Positions 28,623 through 38,933 of a stretch of 64,000 bases of DNA are shown piece after piece. The DNA is from Sedimentisphaerales bacterium (GTDB lineage Bacteria > Planctomycetota > Phycisphaerae > Sedimentisphaerales > SM23-30): positions 192,001 to 256,000 of the forward strand of contig CAXXFK010000028.1 of assembly GCA_963663965.2 (NCBI GenBank). The letters run 5' to 3'. Below the pieces are notes generated by a model. That model saw only the letters and a program-made list of their open reading frames with translations. It was not told the DNA's origin and did not search any database. Every line of letters starts with the position of its first letter. Position 1 is the first letter of the stretch. Made by a program: the position numbers and the translations under genes.

Positions 28623-28922
28623 AACAAACTCCATAAATATTCGGTTTATGGAGTTATTATCGGACATGCTATATAAGAATATTTAGTTTTTACAGAGCAC
28701 TAGTCGAAAAATATTGCGACCAGTAATCATTTCTGGTTTTTTTTCGCATGACCGTTTTCATGCGATTGCCTTGTGCTATCCATTAAATTTACTTGTAATT
28801 TGCCCGAAATTGTTATAATTAAAGTTTATAGTTAAATTGAATAACATTGGAGCAAAGGATTATTTACGGATATCAGGTCTTACTTTCTCTGCTTGCAAAA
28901 ACCCTGTAATGATGGAGTTTCT

Positions 28923-31900
28923 ATGTTCAGGTTTATTCTCAAAATGGTCATATTTTCTTTAACGATGTCACTGTCAGTGCTGGGCTACAGTGGCGGCAAC
29001 GGTTCAGCCGATCAACCCTGGCAGATTGCCAACATCAATGATTTTAACCAGCTTATTCACAGTCCCGGCACCTGGGCTGATCATTTTATCCTGACAGATA
29101 ACATGGACCTTTCTGGCGTGGTTTATGAAAAAGCCCCCATTGCTCCGGATATTGATGATGCTCAATATGATTTTCAGGGCGATGTCTTTACCGGTGAGCT
29201 TGATGGCAACGGTTTTACCATTTCGAATCTGACCATAACCAACACCACTGGCGGCGATTTTCTCGGCCTCTTCGGCAAGATACAATACGCCCGAATAACC
29301 AATCTCCATCTGGATTCTGTTACTATTAAAGTGACCGGTTATGATTCCGGTAATTATGGGGCGGAATTTATCGGCGGCCTGACCGGCTGGCAGGACTACG
29401 GTTTTGTGAGTAATTGCTCAGTCAGCGGAACTGTTGGAACCGAAGCGGGATGGCTTCTATATGTCGGCAATGTGGGCGGACTTGTGGGTGAAATAAACGG
29501 ATTGCATTCGGGCGACCTGGTCATGGAAAACTGTTCCAGTTCGGCCACGGTTAACGGCGGTAGTAATGTTGGTTGCCTGGCGGGAACCGCCTGGAACTGC
29601 TACCTGATCAAATGCTTCAGTGACGGTCAGGTGATGGGCCATTCTTATGTCGGCGGACTGGTGGGCAACGCGGCGGCAAGAATCGAACAATGCTATAATA
29701 CTGCTTCCATTACCGGATACTACGACGAGTACAATTCCAGTCAGCATATCGGCGGTCTGGTGGGCCATACTCATGGCGATATCTACGAATGTTACAACCG
29801 CGGCGCGATCCATATCACTAAAGGTGACTATGTCGGCGGCCTGGCCGGAAAAACCAACTGGCATATTACCCGCAGCTATAATGCCGGCTCTATCATCGTC
29901 GAGAATTCAGACAATGGCTTTATTGGCGGTCTGGCCGGACAAGTCAATGAAGGAGTAACAACCATCTCCGATTCTTTCTGGGATACCCAGGCCAGCGGAC
30001 AGCAGAGCAGCGCCGGTGGCGGCACTCCTTCCAATACCTCCGACATGCAGCAACAGCAGACCTATACAAATGCCAACTGGGATTTTAATTCTGTCTGGAA
30101 GATATTCCCGCATTACTATCCGGTCTTTATCTGGGAACCAGATCCTGTTATTGACTATTCCGGCGGCCAGGGAACCGCCGATGATCCCTGGCAGATTACC
30201 AGCGCGCAGGACTGGATTCTTCTGACCAATTCCCCTCAGCACTGGTCGAGCCATTTTATACTCATGAATAATATTGATTTCCAGGGACAATCGATTCTCC
30301 CCGTCGGCGACAGCCATTATGAAGAGTTCTTCGACGAGTTTGGCAACCCCTATGTCGCCCGGGTCGATTATCCTTTCGCCGGTGTTATGAATGGCAACGG
30401 CCATATCCTCAAGAATTTATCAATTTATCGCGATAACGGCCTGACCGAATTTGCCGGACTTTTCAGCTCAAATACCGGCGATATCAACCAACTCGGCCTG
30501 GAGAATGTTGTTATCTCCGATTATTACAATACCGGCGCTCTGGTTGGATTTAATCTGGGAGCTATTTCCGAATGCTACGCCACAGGCGCTATCGATTATG
30601 GCGATTATCTGGGCGGCCTGGTTGGCGTTAACGATCCCGGCGCCATTATTAATAACTGTTACAGCCTTGTGGCTGTGAGTGGATGGAATTTCATTGGTGG
30701 TCTGGTCGGCCTGAACCAGCCCAATGGCGGGATTTCCAACTGCCTTGCCGCCGGCGCGGTAACCGGTGAGACCTATGCCGGTGGATTGATTGGCTATAAT
30801 GAAGGTTATTACTACGGCTGTTTCTATGATTACGAAACCAGCGGGCAGAATGATTTCTCCGGTATCGGACTGCCCACCAGTCAACTTCAGGATATTACAC
30901 CATATCTGGATGCCGGCTGGGATTTCGCGCCCATCGAGGAAGATGGTACGCCGGCCGTCTGGACCATTAATCCGGATCATTATCCCATTCTGGTCTGGCA
31001 AACCCGGTTACCCGCCCGCTACAGTGGCGGCGAAGGCACGGCCGCCGATCCCTACAAAATCGCCACAGCTCAGGACCTGATCGACTTGGGCCAGACGACG
31101 GCAGACTACGATAAACATTTCCAGCAGATTGCCAACATAGACCTGTCGCAATACTCCTTTACGCAAGCCGTGATCGCTCCCTATCTTATGAATAGCAGCG
31201 ATAAATTCGATTTTGCCGGCGTTTATGATGGCGGCGGGTATCGAATCCTCAATCTGACGATTAACGCGCCTGATCAGTATTATGTCGGTCTATTCGGCCG
31301 GATTATTGCCGGCAGTAAAATTAAAAACCTCCGTTTGGATAGCGTTAATATCACAGGCGACTGGTATGCCGGCGGTCTCTGCGGCGGCAATGGCGACTGG
31401 GATAGTAGTGGCGGCGGCCTTATCAGCGGATGTCTGGTCAATGGCTCGATAGTCAGCGTCTCAGACAGCGCCGGAGGATTGTGCGGCTTCAATCAGGGCG
31501 TCATAGAAAAATGCGGCAGCACACAGGGTTCGGTTATCAGCCCAAACACCTCCGGCGGTCTCTGTGGTTATAATAACGGAACGATCGACCAGTGTTTTTC
31601 TGCCATGACTGTCGGCGATGGCTGGTACATCGGCGGCCTGTGTGGTTATAACTATGGACTCCTCTCTCAATCTTTTGCTACTGGCGCCGTAAATGGTTCA
31701 GGCAATTATGTTGGCGGATTCTGCTCGCTCAACGATGGAACGATTTCTCAATGCTATTCCACCGGCAGCGTTACCGGCGGCGGAGCCACCGGCGGTTTCT
31801 GCGGCGTTAATAACATCACTATCGAAGGCTGTTTCTGGGATATCCAGACCAGCGGCCAGGATTCCAGCGCGGGCGGAGAGGGCCTGGAAACCCAATTCAT

Positions 31901-33347
31901 GCAACAGGAACAAACCTATCTGGACGCCAACTGGAATTTCCAGACCATCTGGACCATCAATCCCAACGACTATCCCCGTCTGGCCTGGTTGTCAGCCATG
32001 ACCAACCGCTATGGCGGCGGCGACGGCTCCGAATCATCTCCCTATGAAATCTGGACGGTTAGCCATCTACTTGATCTAAGTCAGACTCCCGGCGACTGGG
32101 ACATGGCCTTCATACTAATGGCCGACCTGGATCTAACTGGCCATATCTTTGACCAGGCGGTTATCGCGCCCGATACTACGCCGGCAGATTATGACTTCCA
32201 GGGCACGCTGTTTACCGGCCGATTTGAGGGCAACGGTAAAACGATCAGCCATTTGAAAATCGTTAGCAATCAGGGCGTAGATTTCGTTGGACTCTTTGGT
32301 TGCGTGAACAACGCCCGGATTGGCAACCTGATCCTGTCCAATGCTTCAATCACGCTGAATGGCTACAATTCTTCCGGCGGGACCAGCGTATATGTCGGCG
32401 TTCTGGCCGGCCAGACGCAATATTCGATCATTGAAAATTGCTCTTCCAGCGGCCAGATTGTGACCGGCACTACCCCATCCAGTGGCGACACGGCCAGCTT
32501 AGTCGGCGGATTGATTGGCCATGCCTACGCCAATTACTGGTGGGAACTTTCCATCGACCGATGCTTCAGCTCAGTGGCTGTCACTGCCGGCTCAACGACT
32601 GGCGGTCTGGTCGGCGGCCAGTTGAATTGCACTATTCGTCAAAGCGGATCGCAAGGCGCCGTGAGTGGCCAATGGCTTATTGGCGGCCTGGTGGGCGATT
32701 CCGCCGGCATCATCGAACAATGTTACAGCGTTTCTCCGGTCACAGACGCCACCGGCGGTTATTATGTCGGTGGACTGGTCGGGGCCAGCTTTGGCGGCGT
32801 CTATGACAGCTATAGCGCCGGCGCTGTTTTCACCACATTATTGAGCCGTCATGTCGGCGGACTGATTGGCCAGGCTTCTGGTTATCTGGAAAGATGCTAC
32901 AGTACTTCCCGCCTTTATATGGAAAATGGTTCGATCGATGTCGGCAGCCTGATCGGATACAATTATGACGATCGTGTGGCAACCGATGGCTGTTTCTGGA
33001 GCCAGGCTTTCAGCGGTTATCCCACCAGCGATGGCGGCCAGGAAATCTCCGCGTTAGAAATGCTCAATCCTGCCACTTTCCAGCTTGCCGGCTGGGACTA
33101 TGCTCCCGCCGAAGAAGATGGCACGCCCGCCATCTGGAAGAGCCTGCCCAATGAAGCGCCCATGCTGACATGGCAGTCTTATGAAAAAATGGACCAGCAG
33201 GTGTTTTATTTGCTCAGCCAGTGCTGGCTGCAAACAGAAGTGTCCGGCACGCCCTGCGCTCAGCCCGATCTGACCGGTGATGGCGTGGTGGACGCCTCCG
33301 ACCTGGCCTGGCTGGCCGGGAACTGGCTCACAACTATCCGGCAGTAA
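28923..33347 (+). CDS. Large secreted GLUG-motif protein, four modules, dockerin-like C-terminus
   Basis: Signal peptide; four Y(S/G)GGxG(T/S)xxxP(W/Y)xI module starts; many VGGLVG repeats; DLTGDGVVDASDLAWLAGNWL tail. Confidence 0.88.
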   Translation: MFRFILKMVIFSLTMSLSVLGYSGGNGSADQPWQIANINDFNQLIHSPGTWADHFILTDNMDLSGVVYEKAPIAPDIDDAQYDFQGDVFTGELDGNGFTISNLTITNTTGGDFLGLFGKIQYARITNLHLDSVTIKVTGYDSGNYGAEFIGGLTGWQDYGFVSNCSVSGTVGTEAGWLLYVGNVGGLVGEINGLHSGDLVMENCSSSATVNGGSNVGCLAGTAWNCYLIKCFSDGQVMGHSYVGGLVGNAAARIEQCYNTASITGYYDEYNSSQHIGGLVGHTHGDIYECYNRGAIHITKGDYVGGLAGKTNWHITRSYNAGSIIVENSDNGFIGGLAGQVNEGVTTISDSFWDTQASGQQSSAGGGTPSNTSDMQQQQTYTNANWDFNSVWKIFPHYYPVFIWEPDPVIDYSGGQGTADDPWQITSAQDWILLTNSPQHWSSHFILMNNIDFQGQSILPVGDSHYEEFFDEFGNPYVARVDYPFAGVMNGNGHILKNLSIYRDNGLTEFAGLFSSNTGDINQLGLENVVISDYYNTGALVGFNLGAISECYATGAIDYGDYLGGLVGVNDPGAIINNCYSLVAVSGWNFIGGLVGLNQPNGGISNCLAAGAVTGETYAGGLIGYNEGYYYGCFYDYETSGQNDFSGIGLPTSQLQDITPYLDAGWDFAPIEEDGTPAVWTINPDHYPILVWQTRLPARYSGGEGTAADPYKIATAQDLIDLGQTTADYDKHFQQIANIDLSQYSFTQAVIAPYLMNSSDKFDFAGVYDGGGYRILNLTINAPDQYYVGLFGRIIAGSKIKNLRLDSVNITGDWYAGGLCGGNGDWDSSGGGLISGCLVNGSIVSVSDSAGGLCGFNQGVIEKCGSTQGSVISPNTSGGLCGYNNGTIDQCFSAMTVGDGWYIGGLCGYNYGLLSQSFATGAVNGSGNYVGGFCSLNDGTISQCYSTGSVTGGGATGGFCGVNNITIEGCFWDIQTSGQDSSAGGEGLETQFMQQEQTYLDANWNFQTIWTINPNDYPRLAWLSAMTNRYGGGDGSESSPYEIWTVSHLLDLSQTPGDWDMAFILMADLDLTGHIFDQAVIAPDTTPADYDFQGTLFTGRFEGNGKTISHLKIVSNQGVDFVGLFGCVNNARIGNLILSNASITLNGYNSSGGTSVYVGVLAGQTQYSIIENCSSSGQIVTGTTPSSGDTASLVGGLIGHAYANYWWELSIDRCFSSVAVTAGSTTGGLVGGQLNCTIRQSGSQGAVSGQWLIGGLVGDSAGIIEQCYSVSPVTDATGGYYVGGLVGASFGGVYDSYSAGAVFTTLLSRHVGGLIGQASGYLERCYSTSRLYMENGSIDVGSLIGYNYDDRVATDGCFWSQAFSGYPTSDGGQEISALEMLNPATFQLAGWDYAPAEEDGTPAIWKSLPNEAPMLTWQSYEKMDQQVFYLLSQCWLQTEVSGTPCAQPDLTGDGVVDASDLAWLAGNWLTTIRQ

Positions 33348-33414
33348 ACCATTTGGTTATCCACAGATTACCTGGATTTTCAAAGTTGAAGAAAATATTA
33401 TAAGGAGATTGTTT

Positions 33415-33966
33415 ATGCGAAAGATGGTATTGGTAATGTTGGCAATGTGCGTTCTTTCCTCGGCATTAACTGCGGAGGCCATTTCCGGCCTCAAGTCGCG
33501 CAGCGCTGGCGGTGGATCGGAATACAACACACTGGTCTATCTTTACAGAATTGAAGATTTTGGCACCGGCCCGGCCACGATCGGCATTGTCCGCGACAGC
33601 AACCAGACCCAGATGCGGGTGGACGGCCTGGCCTTTTCCAATCGACTGGGGCTTTGGTGCTTCGATGTCAGCAGCTCATCTCAGTCGGTGCTCCATCAGT
33701 TGGATCCCGCCTATGTCGGCCAGAACAGCGGCAACGGCACCGCCTTTCCCCAGCGGCAATTCTTCGGCGCCGCCTTTGACCGGCTGGACCGCTTATGGGC
33801 GCTGGACCCGGTTCGCGGTGAACTGGCCGTCATTGATATGACTACCAAAACCGAAATCGCCACTATCCCTCTTTATCTGAGTGGCCAGCGCTATACCTAT
33901 ACCCATGCCGGCGGCGATATCGCCTTTCACCCCCAGAAAGGATTATTCCTTATTAACTCAAACTGA
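33415..33966 (+). CDS. Secreted beta-propeller-like protein, possibly truncated
   Basis: AAGGAG RBS; signal peptide; blade-like repeats DGLAFS, GAAFD and GDIAFHP; ends abruptly. Confidence 0.5.
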   Translation: MRKMVLVMLAMCVLSSALTAEAISGLKSRSAGGGSEYNTLVYLYRIEDFGTGPATIGIVRDSNQTQMRVDGLAFSNRLGLWCFDVSSSSQSVLHQLDPAYVGQNSGNGTAFPQRQFFGAAFDRLDRLWALDPVRGELAVIDMTTKTEIATIPLYLSGQRYTYTHAGGDIAFHPQKGLFLINSN

Positions 33967-34192
33967 CCGATGGAAGTGTATTTGGTGACAATAATTATCA
34001 AACAAATTATAAAGATTTACTCTGGATGGTTCTATATGATTTGTATAACATTGGGTATTGTTTTTTAGCTTCTGTAACTTTCAAGGAAGCCACATTATCT
34101 TGTTGTTTTACACAGCATGTCTTGCTTGAAAAGGATGTCTAAATAATTGGACGCATGAGAGATTGTGGACCATAAAGAAAGAAGTAGGTATT

Positions 34193-35431
34193 ATGCATGC
34201 AATTTCCCGATTGAAATTTTATATTTTAATCATAGCGGTTATCGTAATAAATGAATCGCCAACCCGAGCCCAAAGCGCAGAGCGAGAGAAGGTGTTGGAC
34301 AGTTTTTTTCTGTCGGCAGTTGAGCGGGGCAGGATAGCCGGAGTGCATGCGCTGGTCGCGGTAGAAGGCGAGAAGGTGTATGCAAAAACGTTTGGATATG
34401 CCGATATTGAATCCGGACTGGAGTTAAAAGAAGATGCGATATATCGAATTGCGTCGATGACGAAAATTGTGACGGCTATGGCGGCGCTACAGCTTTGGGA
34501 GCAGGGGGTCTATGATTTAGATGATCCGGTGTCAAAATTTCTGCCAGAGTTTAAGAATGCCAAGGTGTTGAAAACAACGGCTGTGAACAGGGATACGCCG
34601 CCTTTCGATATGGAGGAGTTGGAACGAGAGCCGACGATTAGAGACCTGTTTCGGCATACTGCGGGCATCTGGGGTGGGCAGCGGTATACAAATATCGGCC
34701 TTCGGCAGTGGACAGGTACGCTGGACGGTTTTGTCGAACGGTTGATTTCGGTGCCGTTGAACTGTCAACCGGGAACGAAATTTGAATATGGGTATTCGAG
34801 CGATGTGCTTGGATTGTTGATTGAAAAATGGTCAGGCCAGTGCCTGGATGATTATTTCCGGGAGAAAATATTTGAGCCATTGAAGCTGAATGACAGCGGT
34901 TTTGTTATCGAGGACGGGAAACTGGCCCGGTTGGCGAATCATTATCATTTTGACGGAGAGAGGCTGGTATGTAAAGAGAAGAGCGCCGACAGCCCGTTTC
35001 GTAAGCGGGCGAATGCGTTATCTGGGGGTGGAGGATGGGATTACAGCTATCCGGGATTGCTGACATCTATGGATGACTGGCTGGTGATAATGGAATTGAT
35101 ACGCAATTATGGCATTATTGATAAGGTAAGAATCCTGAAGGAAGAAACCATCCGATTAATGTGTTCGGACCAACTTGGCAATATACCCGGAGCGTTTGAA
35201 ATTGGCACCGGTTACGGGTTGGGATTAGGGGTGATAACCGATGGCAAGAAGCACGGGCATCATGCGGCTACCGGGACGGTCTATTGGGCCGGCGGGCCGC
35301 ATAGTACCTATTTCTATATCGACTTTGAGAACAAGATATCGGCGGCAATGTTTATGCAGAGCGGGCCGTTTGATATTGACGGCATGATGAATGAATTTTT
35401 GAGACGGTCGCATCGTTTCTGTGGAGAATAA
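34193..35431 (+). CDS. Serine hydrolase, beta-lactamase/family VIII esterase-like
   Basis: IASMTK (SxxK), LFRHTAG, PGTKFEYG and YWAG motifs; signal peptide. Confidence 0.88.
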   Translation: MHAISRLKFYILIIAVIVINESPTRAQSAEREKVLDSFFLSAVERGRIAGVHALVAVEGEKVYAKTFGYADIESGLELKEDAIYRIASMTKIVTAMAALQLWEQGVYDLDDPVSKFLPEFKNAKVLKTTAVNRDTPPFDMEELEREPTIRDLFRHTAGIWGGQRYTNIGLRQWTGTLDGFVERLISVPLNCQPGTKFEYGYSSDVLGLLIEKWSGQCLDDYFREKIFEPLKLNDSGFVIEDGKLARLANHYHFDGERLVCKEKSADSPFRKRANALSGGGGWDYSYPGLLTSMDDWLVIMELIRNYGIIDKVRILKEETIRLMCSDQLGNIPGAFEIGTGYGLGLGVITDGKKHGHHAATGTVYWAGGPHSTYFYIDFENKISAAMFMQSGPFDIDGMMNEFLRRSHRFCGE

Positions 35432-35527
35432 AGTATTTGAGAACAATTTCTCTCAATCTCTCTGGTTATCTTAAGCATAATGGTTAACAAACAACTTAGA
35501 ACTTCTTGAAGGAAATTATTTTATTAT

Positions 35528-36043
35528 ATGTTTTTAGATGTATGGAACAATTTTTACCCAAATTGTGTACCGTTGCCTTGGATTACACGCGATGTCTATA
35601 GTGATATATGGTTTCGGATCTACAGTCTCCCAAAAGGTAAGCGCTATGCTGAAACCAGCCAAGAACGTAAAATAATAGCCACACGTCATAACATTATAGC
35701 AAAAGAAGTTTTAGGTGAAGGTTCTTTATGCTGGGTGGCGTGGAATTGTGATAAGAAGGCAGGAAATTTTATTGGTCATAAAGTTTGCGATTATGAGGAC
35801 GAGTGGACAGATACCACAGTTTATGCAACCCAAACAATATGGAAATCTAATAGTCATGATGACTTCATCTTAAAAGTTGCTGATGACGAGCTTTCATCAT
35901 CCATCTTTTTGAATAGTCAATCAGGTGACATTTATGCTCCATATGATGGTGGTGCAGATATATTTATTCGCGACAGCAATAAGAAAATTGAATTGGAACG
36001 CAAATTAATAAAATGGCTTTCTCCGCTTGAAAGTGGCTTATAA
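35528..36043 (+). CDS. DUF3885-like hypothetical protein
   Basis: WFRIYSLPKGKRYA and APYDGGAD motifs; AT-rich. Confidence 0.6.
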   Translation: MFLDVWNNFYPNCVPLPWITRDVYSDIWFRIYSLPKGKRYAETSQERKIIATRHNIIAKEVLGEGSLCWVAWNCDKKAGNFIGHKVCDYEDEWTDTTVYATQTIWKSNSHDDFILKVADDELSSSIFLNSQSGDIYAPYDGGADIFIRDSNKKIELERKLIKWLSPLESGL

Positions 36044-36316
36044 AACAGACCTGGAAAATCAGAAACTGATTTGACATATTCCTTTGTGGGAGTGTTAGGA
36101 ATCTTTCTCTCATTGTTTATTCGTCTTTCATCTGTTAATCATTGGGTTACTTTTTTTACTTATACAAGTCGGAGTATCGCGAAATTATACTGCTTGTAAT
36201 AACCTGTGATATTGCTATAATTTACGCTGTAAAAAAGATCTTCAAGAGAGTGGTCAGAGCGTAAAATCGGCCCTAAGAACGAAAGCTCACAATATTTTTA
36301 TTGGAAAGAATTAAAA

Positions 36317-38671
36317 ATGGCAAAATGGTTGAGTGTGATATGGATCGTTTTGGGTGTGTTATTGACAGGTTGTCAGAGTTTCAATCCTGCAACAAAATTA
36401 GAGCTTGATCCGGTCGATTATGTGAATCCCATAATCGGAACCCATGATATGGGGCACTGTTATCCGGGCGCCACGGTTCCGTTTGGCATGGTGCAGTTGA
36501 GCCCGGACACCGATATCCAGCCTTATAGTCTGGGCGACGGTTACAATCCCAAGGCCTATGCCTATTGCGCGGGCTATCAATATCAGGACAGCACGATTGT
36601 GGGGTTCAGTCACACGCATTTCAGCGGTACGGGCCACTCGGACCTGGGTGATATCCTGGTCATGCCGACCGTGGGGCCGATCCAACTGGAGCCGGGCACC
36701 CGGGAAGCTCCGGAGAGCGGCTATCGCAGCCGGTTTTCTCATGACAGGGAAACCGCAAAGCCGGGTTATTATTCGGTGCATCTGGATGACTATGATATTG
36801 ATGTGGAACTGACGGCCACCGAACGGGTGGGTTTGCATAAGGTGACCTTTCCCAAGGGGGCAGATGCCCATGTCATTCTGGATCTGACCGCGGGGATTTA
36901 TAACTACGACGGCAAGGTGGTCTGGTCCTCGGTCCGGGTCGAAAATGACCGCCTGATAACCGGCTATCGCCAGACCAATGGCTGGGCCCGCACCCGCTAT
37001 GTTTTTTTTGCCATGGAATTTTCCCGGCCCTTTACCGCTTACGGTTTGAAAAATGATGAGCAGGAGATCTATAGGGGTTGGTGGCGCAAGTTCAAGATGG
37101 ATGATAATTTTCCGGAACGAACCGGGAAAAAAATCAAGTGCCACTTCGACTTCGATACTAAGACGAATTCAGAAATACTGGTTAAGGTCGCTTTATCGTC
37201 AGTGAGCACCCAGGGGGCGCTGGCCAATCTCCGGGCAGAGATGCCGGAGTGGGATTTTGATCAAGTGGCCGCATCCGCTCGAACTAAGTGGAACCGGGAA
37301 CTGTCCAAGATCCAGGTGGCCGGGGCCAGGGACCGGATGGTCAGCTTTTACACCTCGCTGTATCACAGCTTTTTGAGTCCGATTATCTATGCGGATGTGG
37401 ATGGCCGCTATCGCGGGCTGGATCAAAACATCCATCAACCGGATACGTTTACCAATTACACCATCTTCTCCCTGTGGGATACCTACCGGGCACTCCATCC
37501 CTTTTTTACGATCGTGCAGCAGCAGCGGACCCGTGACATGGTCAACTCCATGCTGGCCCATTACCAGCAGAGCGTCCATAAGATTTTGCCGGTGTGGTCG
37601 CATTATGCCAATGACAACTGGTGTATGATCGGTTACCACGCCGTGCCGGTGATTGTGGATGCTTATCTGAAGGGCATTGGCGGTTTTGACAGAGACACGG
37701 CCTTGGAGGCGGTCGTCTCCAGCGCCACTTACGGTCCCTATGATGGGATTGACTCTTATGAAAAATATGGGTATGTCCCGGAAGACAAAAGCGGCAGTTC
37801 CGCTTCCAAGACCCTGGAGTACGCGTACGATGACTGGACGATCGCTCAGTTTGCCGAAGCATTGGGCAGGCAGGATATCGCCAGGGAATTTCTCAAACGG
37901 GCCGGCAACTACAAAAACATCTTCGATCCGGAAACCGGATTTATGCGCGCCAGGTTATCGGATGGCTCTTTCAAGACGCCCTTCGATCCCATGAGTACCC
38001 ACGGCCAGGGCTATATTGAAGGCAATGCCTGGAACTATTCGCTCTATGTTCCCCATGATCCCAAAGGTTTTATCCAACTGCTGGGAGGGGACCAGAAACT
38101 GGTGACCTGGTTGGATACTCTATTTACCATGGAGGTTTCCGATGAGGATATTGCCGGCAGCGAGGATGTCACACGCGTGGGGATGATTGGTAATTATGTG
38201 CACGGCAATGAACCCAGCCACCATGTGCCCTACCTGTATTGCTATGCGGGACAGCCCTGGAAAACCCAGGAGCGGGTGCATCAGATCGTCAACACGATGT
38301 ACAAACCCACCTATGACGGCCTGTGCGGTAATGACGATTGCGGCCAGATGTCGGCCTGGTACCTGTTCAGCTGCCTGGGCTTCTATCCCGTCGCCCCGGG
38401 CAGTAACCAGTATGTCATCGGCAGCCCCTGTGTTGACAGGGCTGTGATCCATCTGGAAAACAGGAAACAATTTGTTATGGAGGCCCCAAACCTGACTCTT
38501 GAAAATATCTATATTCAGTCTGTGACTCTCAATGGCAAGCCTCTGGAACGATGCTATCTCTGGCATAAGGAGATCGTCGGAGGCGGAAAGTTGATTTTCA
38601 ATATGGGCCCGGTTCCCAATCGAAAATGGGCAGTATCGCAGGAGGCCCGCCCGTATTCCATGACTCGATAA
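36317..38671 (+). CDS. GH92 alpha-mannosidase, lipoprotein
   Basis: Lipobox LLTGC; YPGATVPFGMVQLSPD, FSLWDTYR, HGNEPSHH and GNDDCGQMSAWY. Confidence 0.95.
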   Translation: MAKWLSVIWIVLGVLLTGCQSFNPATKLELDPVDYVNPIIGTHDMGHCYPGATVPFGMVQLSPDTDIQPYSLGDGYNPKAYAYCAGYQYQDSTIVGFSHTHFSGTGHSDLGDILVMPTVGPIQLEPGTREAPESGYRSRFSHDRETAKPGYYSVHLDDYDIDVELTATERVGLHKVTFPKGADAHVILDLTAGIYNYDGKVVWSSVRVENDRLITGYRQTNGWARTRYVFFAMEFSRPFTAYGLKNDEQEIYRGWWRKFKMDDNFPERTGKKIKCHFDFDTKTNSEILVKVALSSVSTQGALANLRAEMPEWDFDQVAASARTKWNRELSKIQVAGARDRMVSFYTSLYHSFLSPIIYADVDGRYRGLDQNIHQPDTFTNYTIFSLWDTYRALHPFFTIVQQQRTRDMVNSMLAHYQQSVHKILPVWSHYANDNWCMIGYHAVPVIVDAYLKGIGGFDRDTALEAVVSSATYGPYDGIDSYEKYGYVPEDKSGSSASKTLEYAYDDWTIAQFAEALGRQDIAREFLKRAGNYKNIFDPETGFMRARLSDGSFKTPFDPMSTHGQGYIEGNAWNYSLYVPHDPKGFIQLLGGDQKLVTWLDTLFTMEVSDEDIAGSEDVTRVGMIGNYVHGNEPSHHVPYLYCYAGQPWKTQERVHQIVNTMYKPTYDGLCGNDDCGQMSAWYLFSCLGFYPVAPGSNQYVIGSPCVDRAVIHLENRKQFVMEAPNLTLENIYIQSVTLNGKPLERCYLWHKEIVGGGKLIFNMGPVPNRKWAVSQEARPYSMTR

Positions 38672-38782
38672 AGCGGTTGTCGCTGAGTTGACTAGTTGGC
38701 GGCTCAAATTAAATGTTTACAGCATTAGATTAATATGCCTTAGGGACCGTAAATAAATAACTACTTCATTTTTCATCCCATC

Positions 38783-38893
38783 TTACCGCCATCTTCAGCC
38801 GCTTCTCAATCGCGAAATCCTCGACATAGCATCGCACTGCCTGCGGTTTCGCTCAATCGGCGCATCTGAATCTGACGACAAGCTGTGCGATCA
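38783..38893. repeat. Imperfect palindromic intergenic element (REP/MITE-like)
   Basis: Nested pairings TTCAG..CTGAA and GCGAAA..TTTCGC between convergent genes. Confidence 0.3.
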
Positions 38894-38933
38894 ATGAAGC
38901 GTTTATTTATATACGGACCCTTAGGATGCGTTG

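Larger units (their letters stand above)
27482..28700 (-). mobile_element. IS630-family element
   Basis: 32-bp IRs starting GTGCTCTGTAAA (28/32 match); TA duplicated at 27480-27481 and 28701-28702, each in a CTAG context. Confidence 0.92.

Noticed and set aside
34193..35431. Antibiotic-resistance beta-lactamase
   Set aside because: Lacks the KTG triad (has WAG); more like family VIII esterases or generic serine hydrolases.
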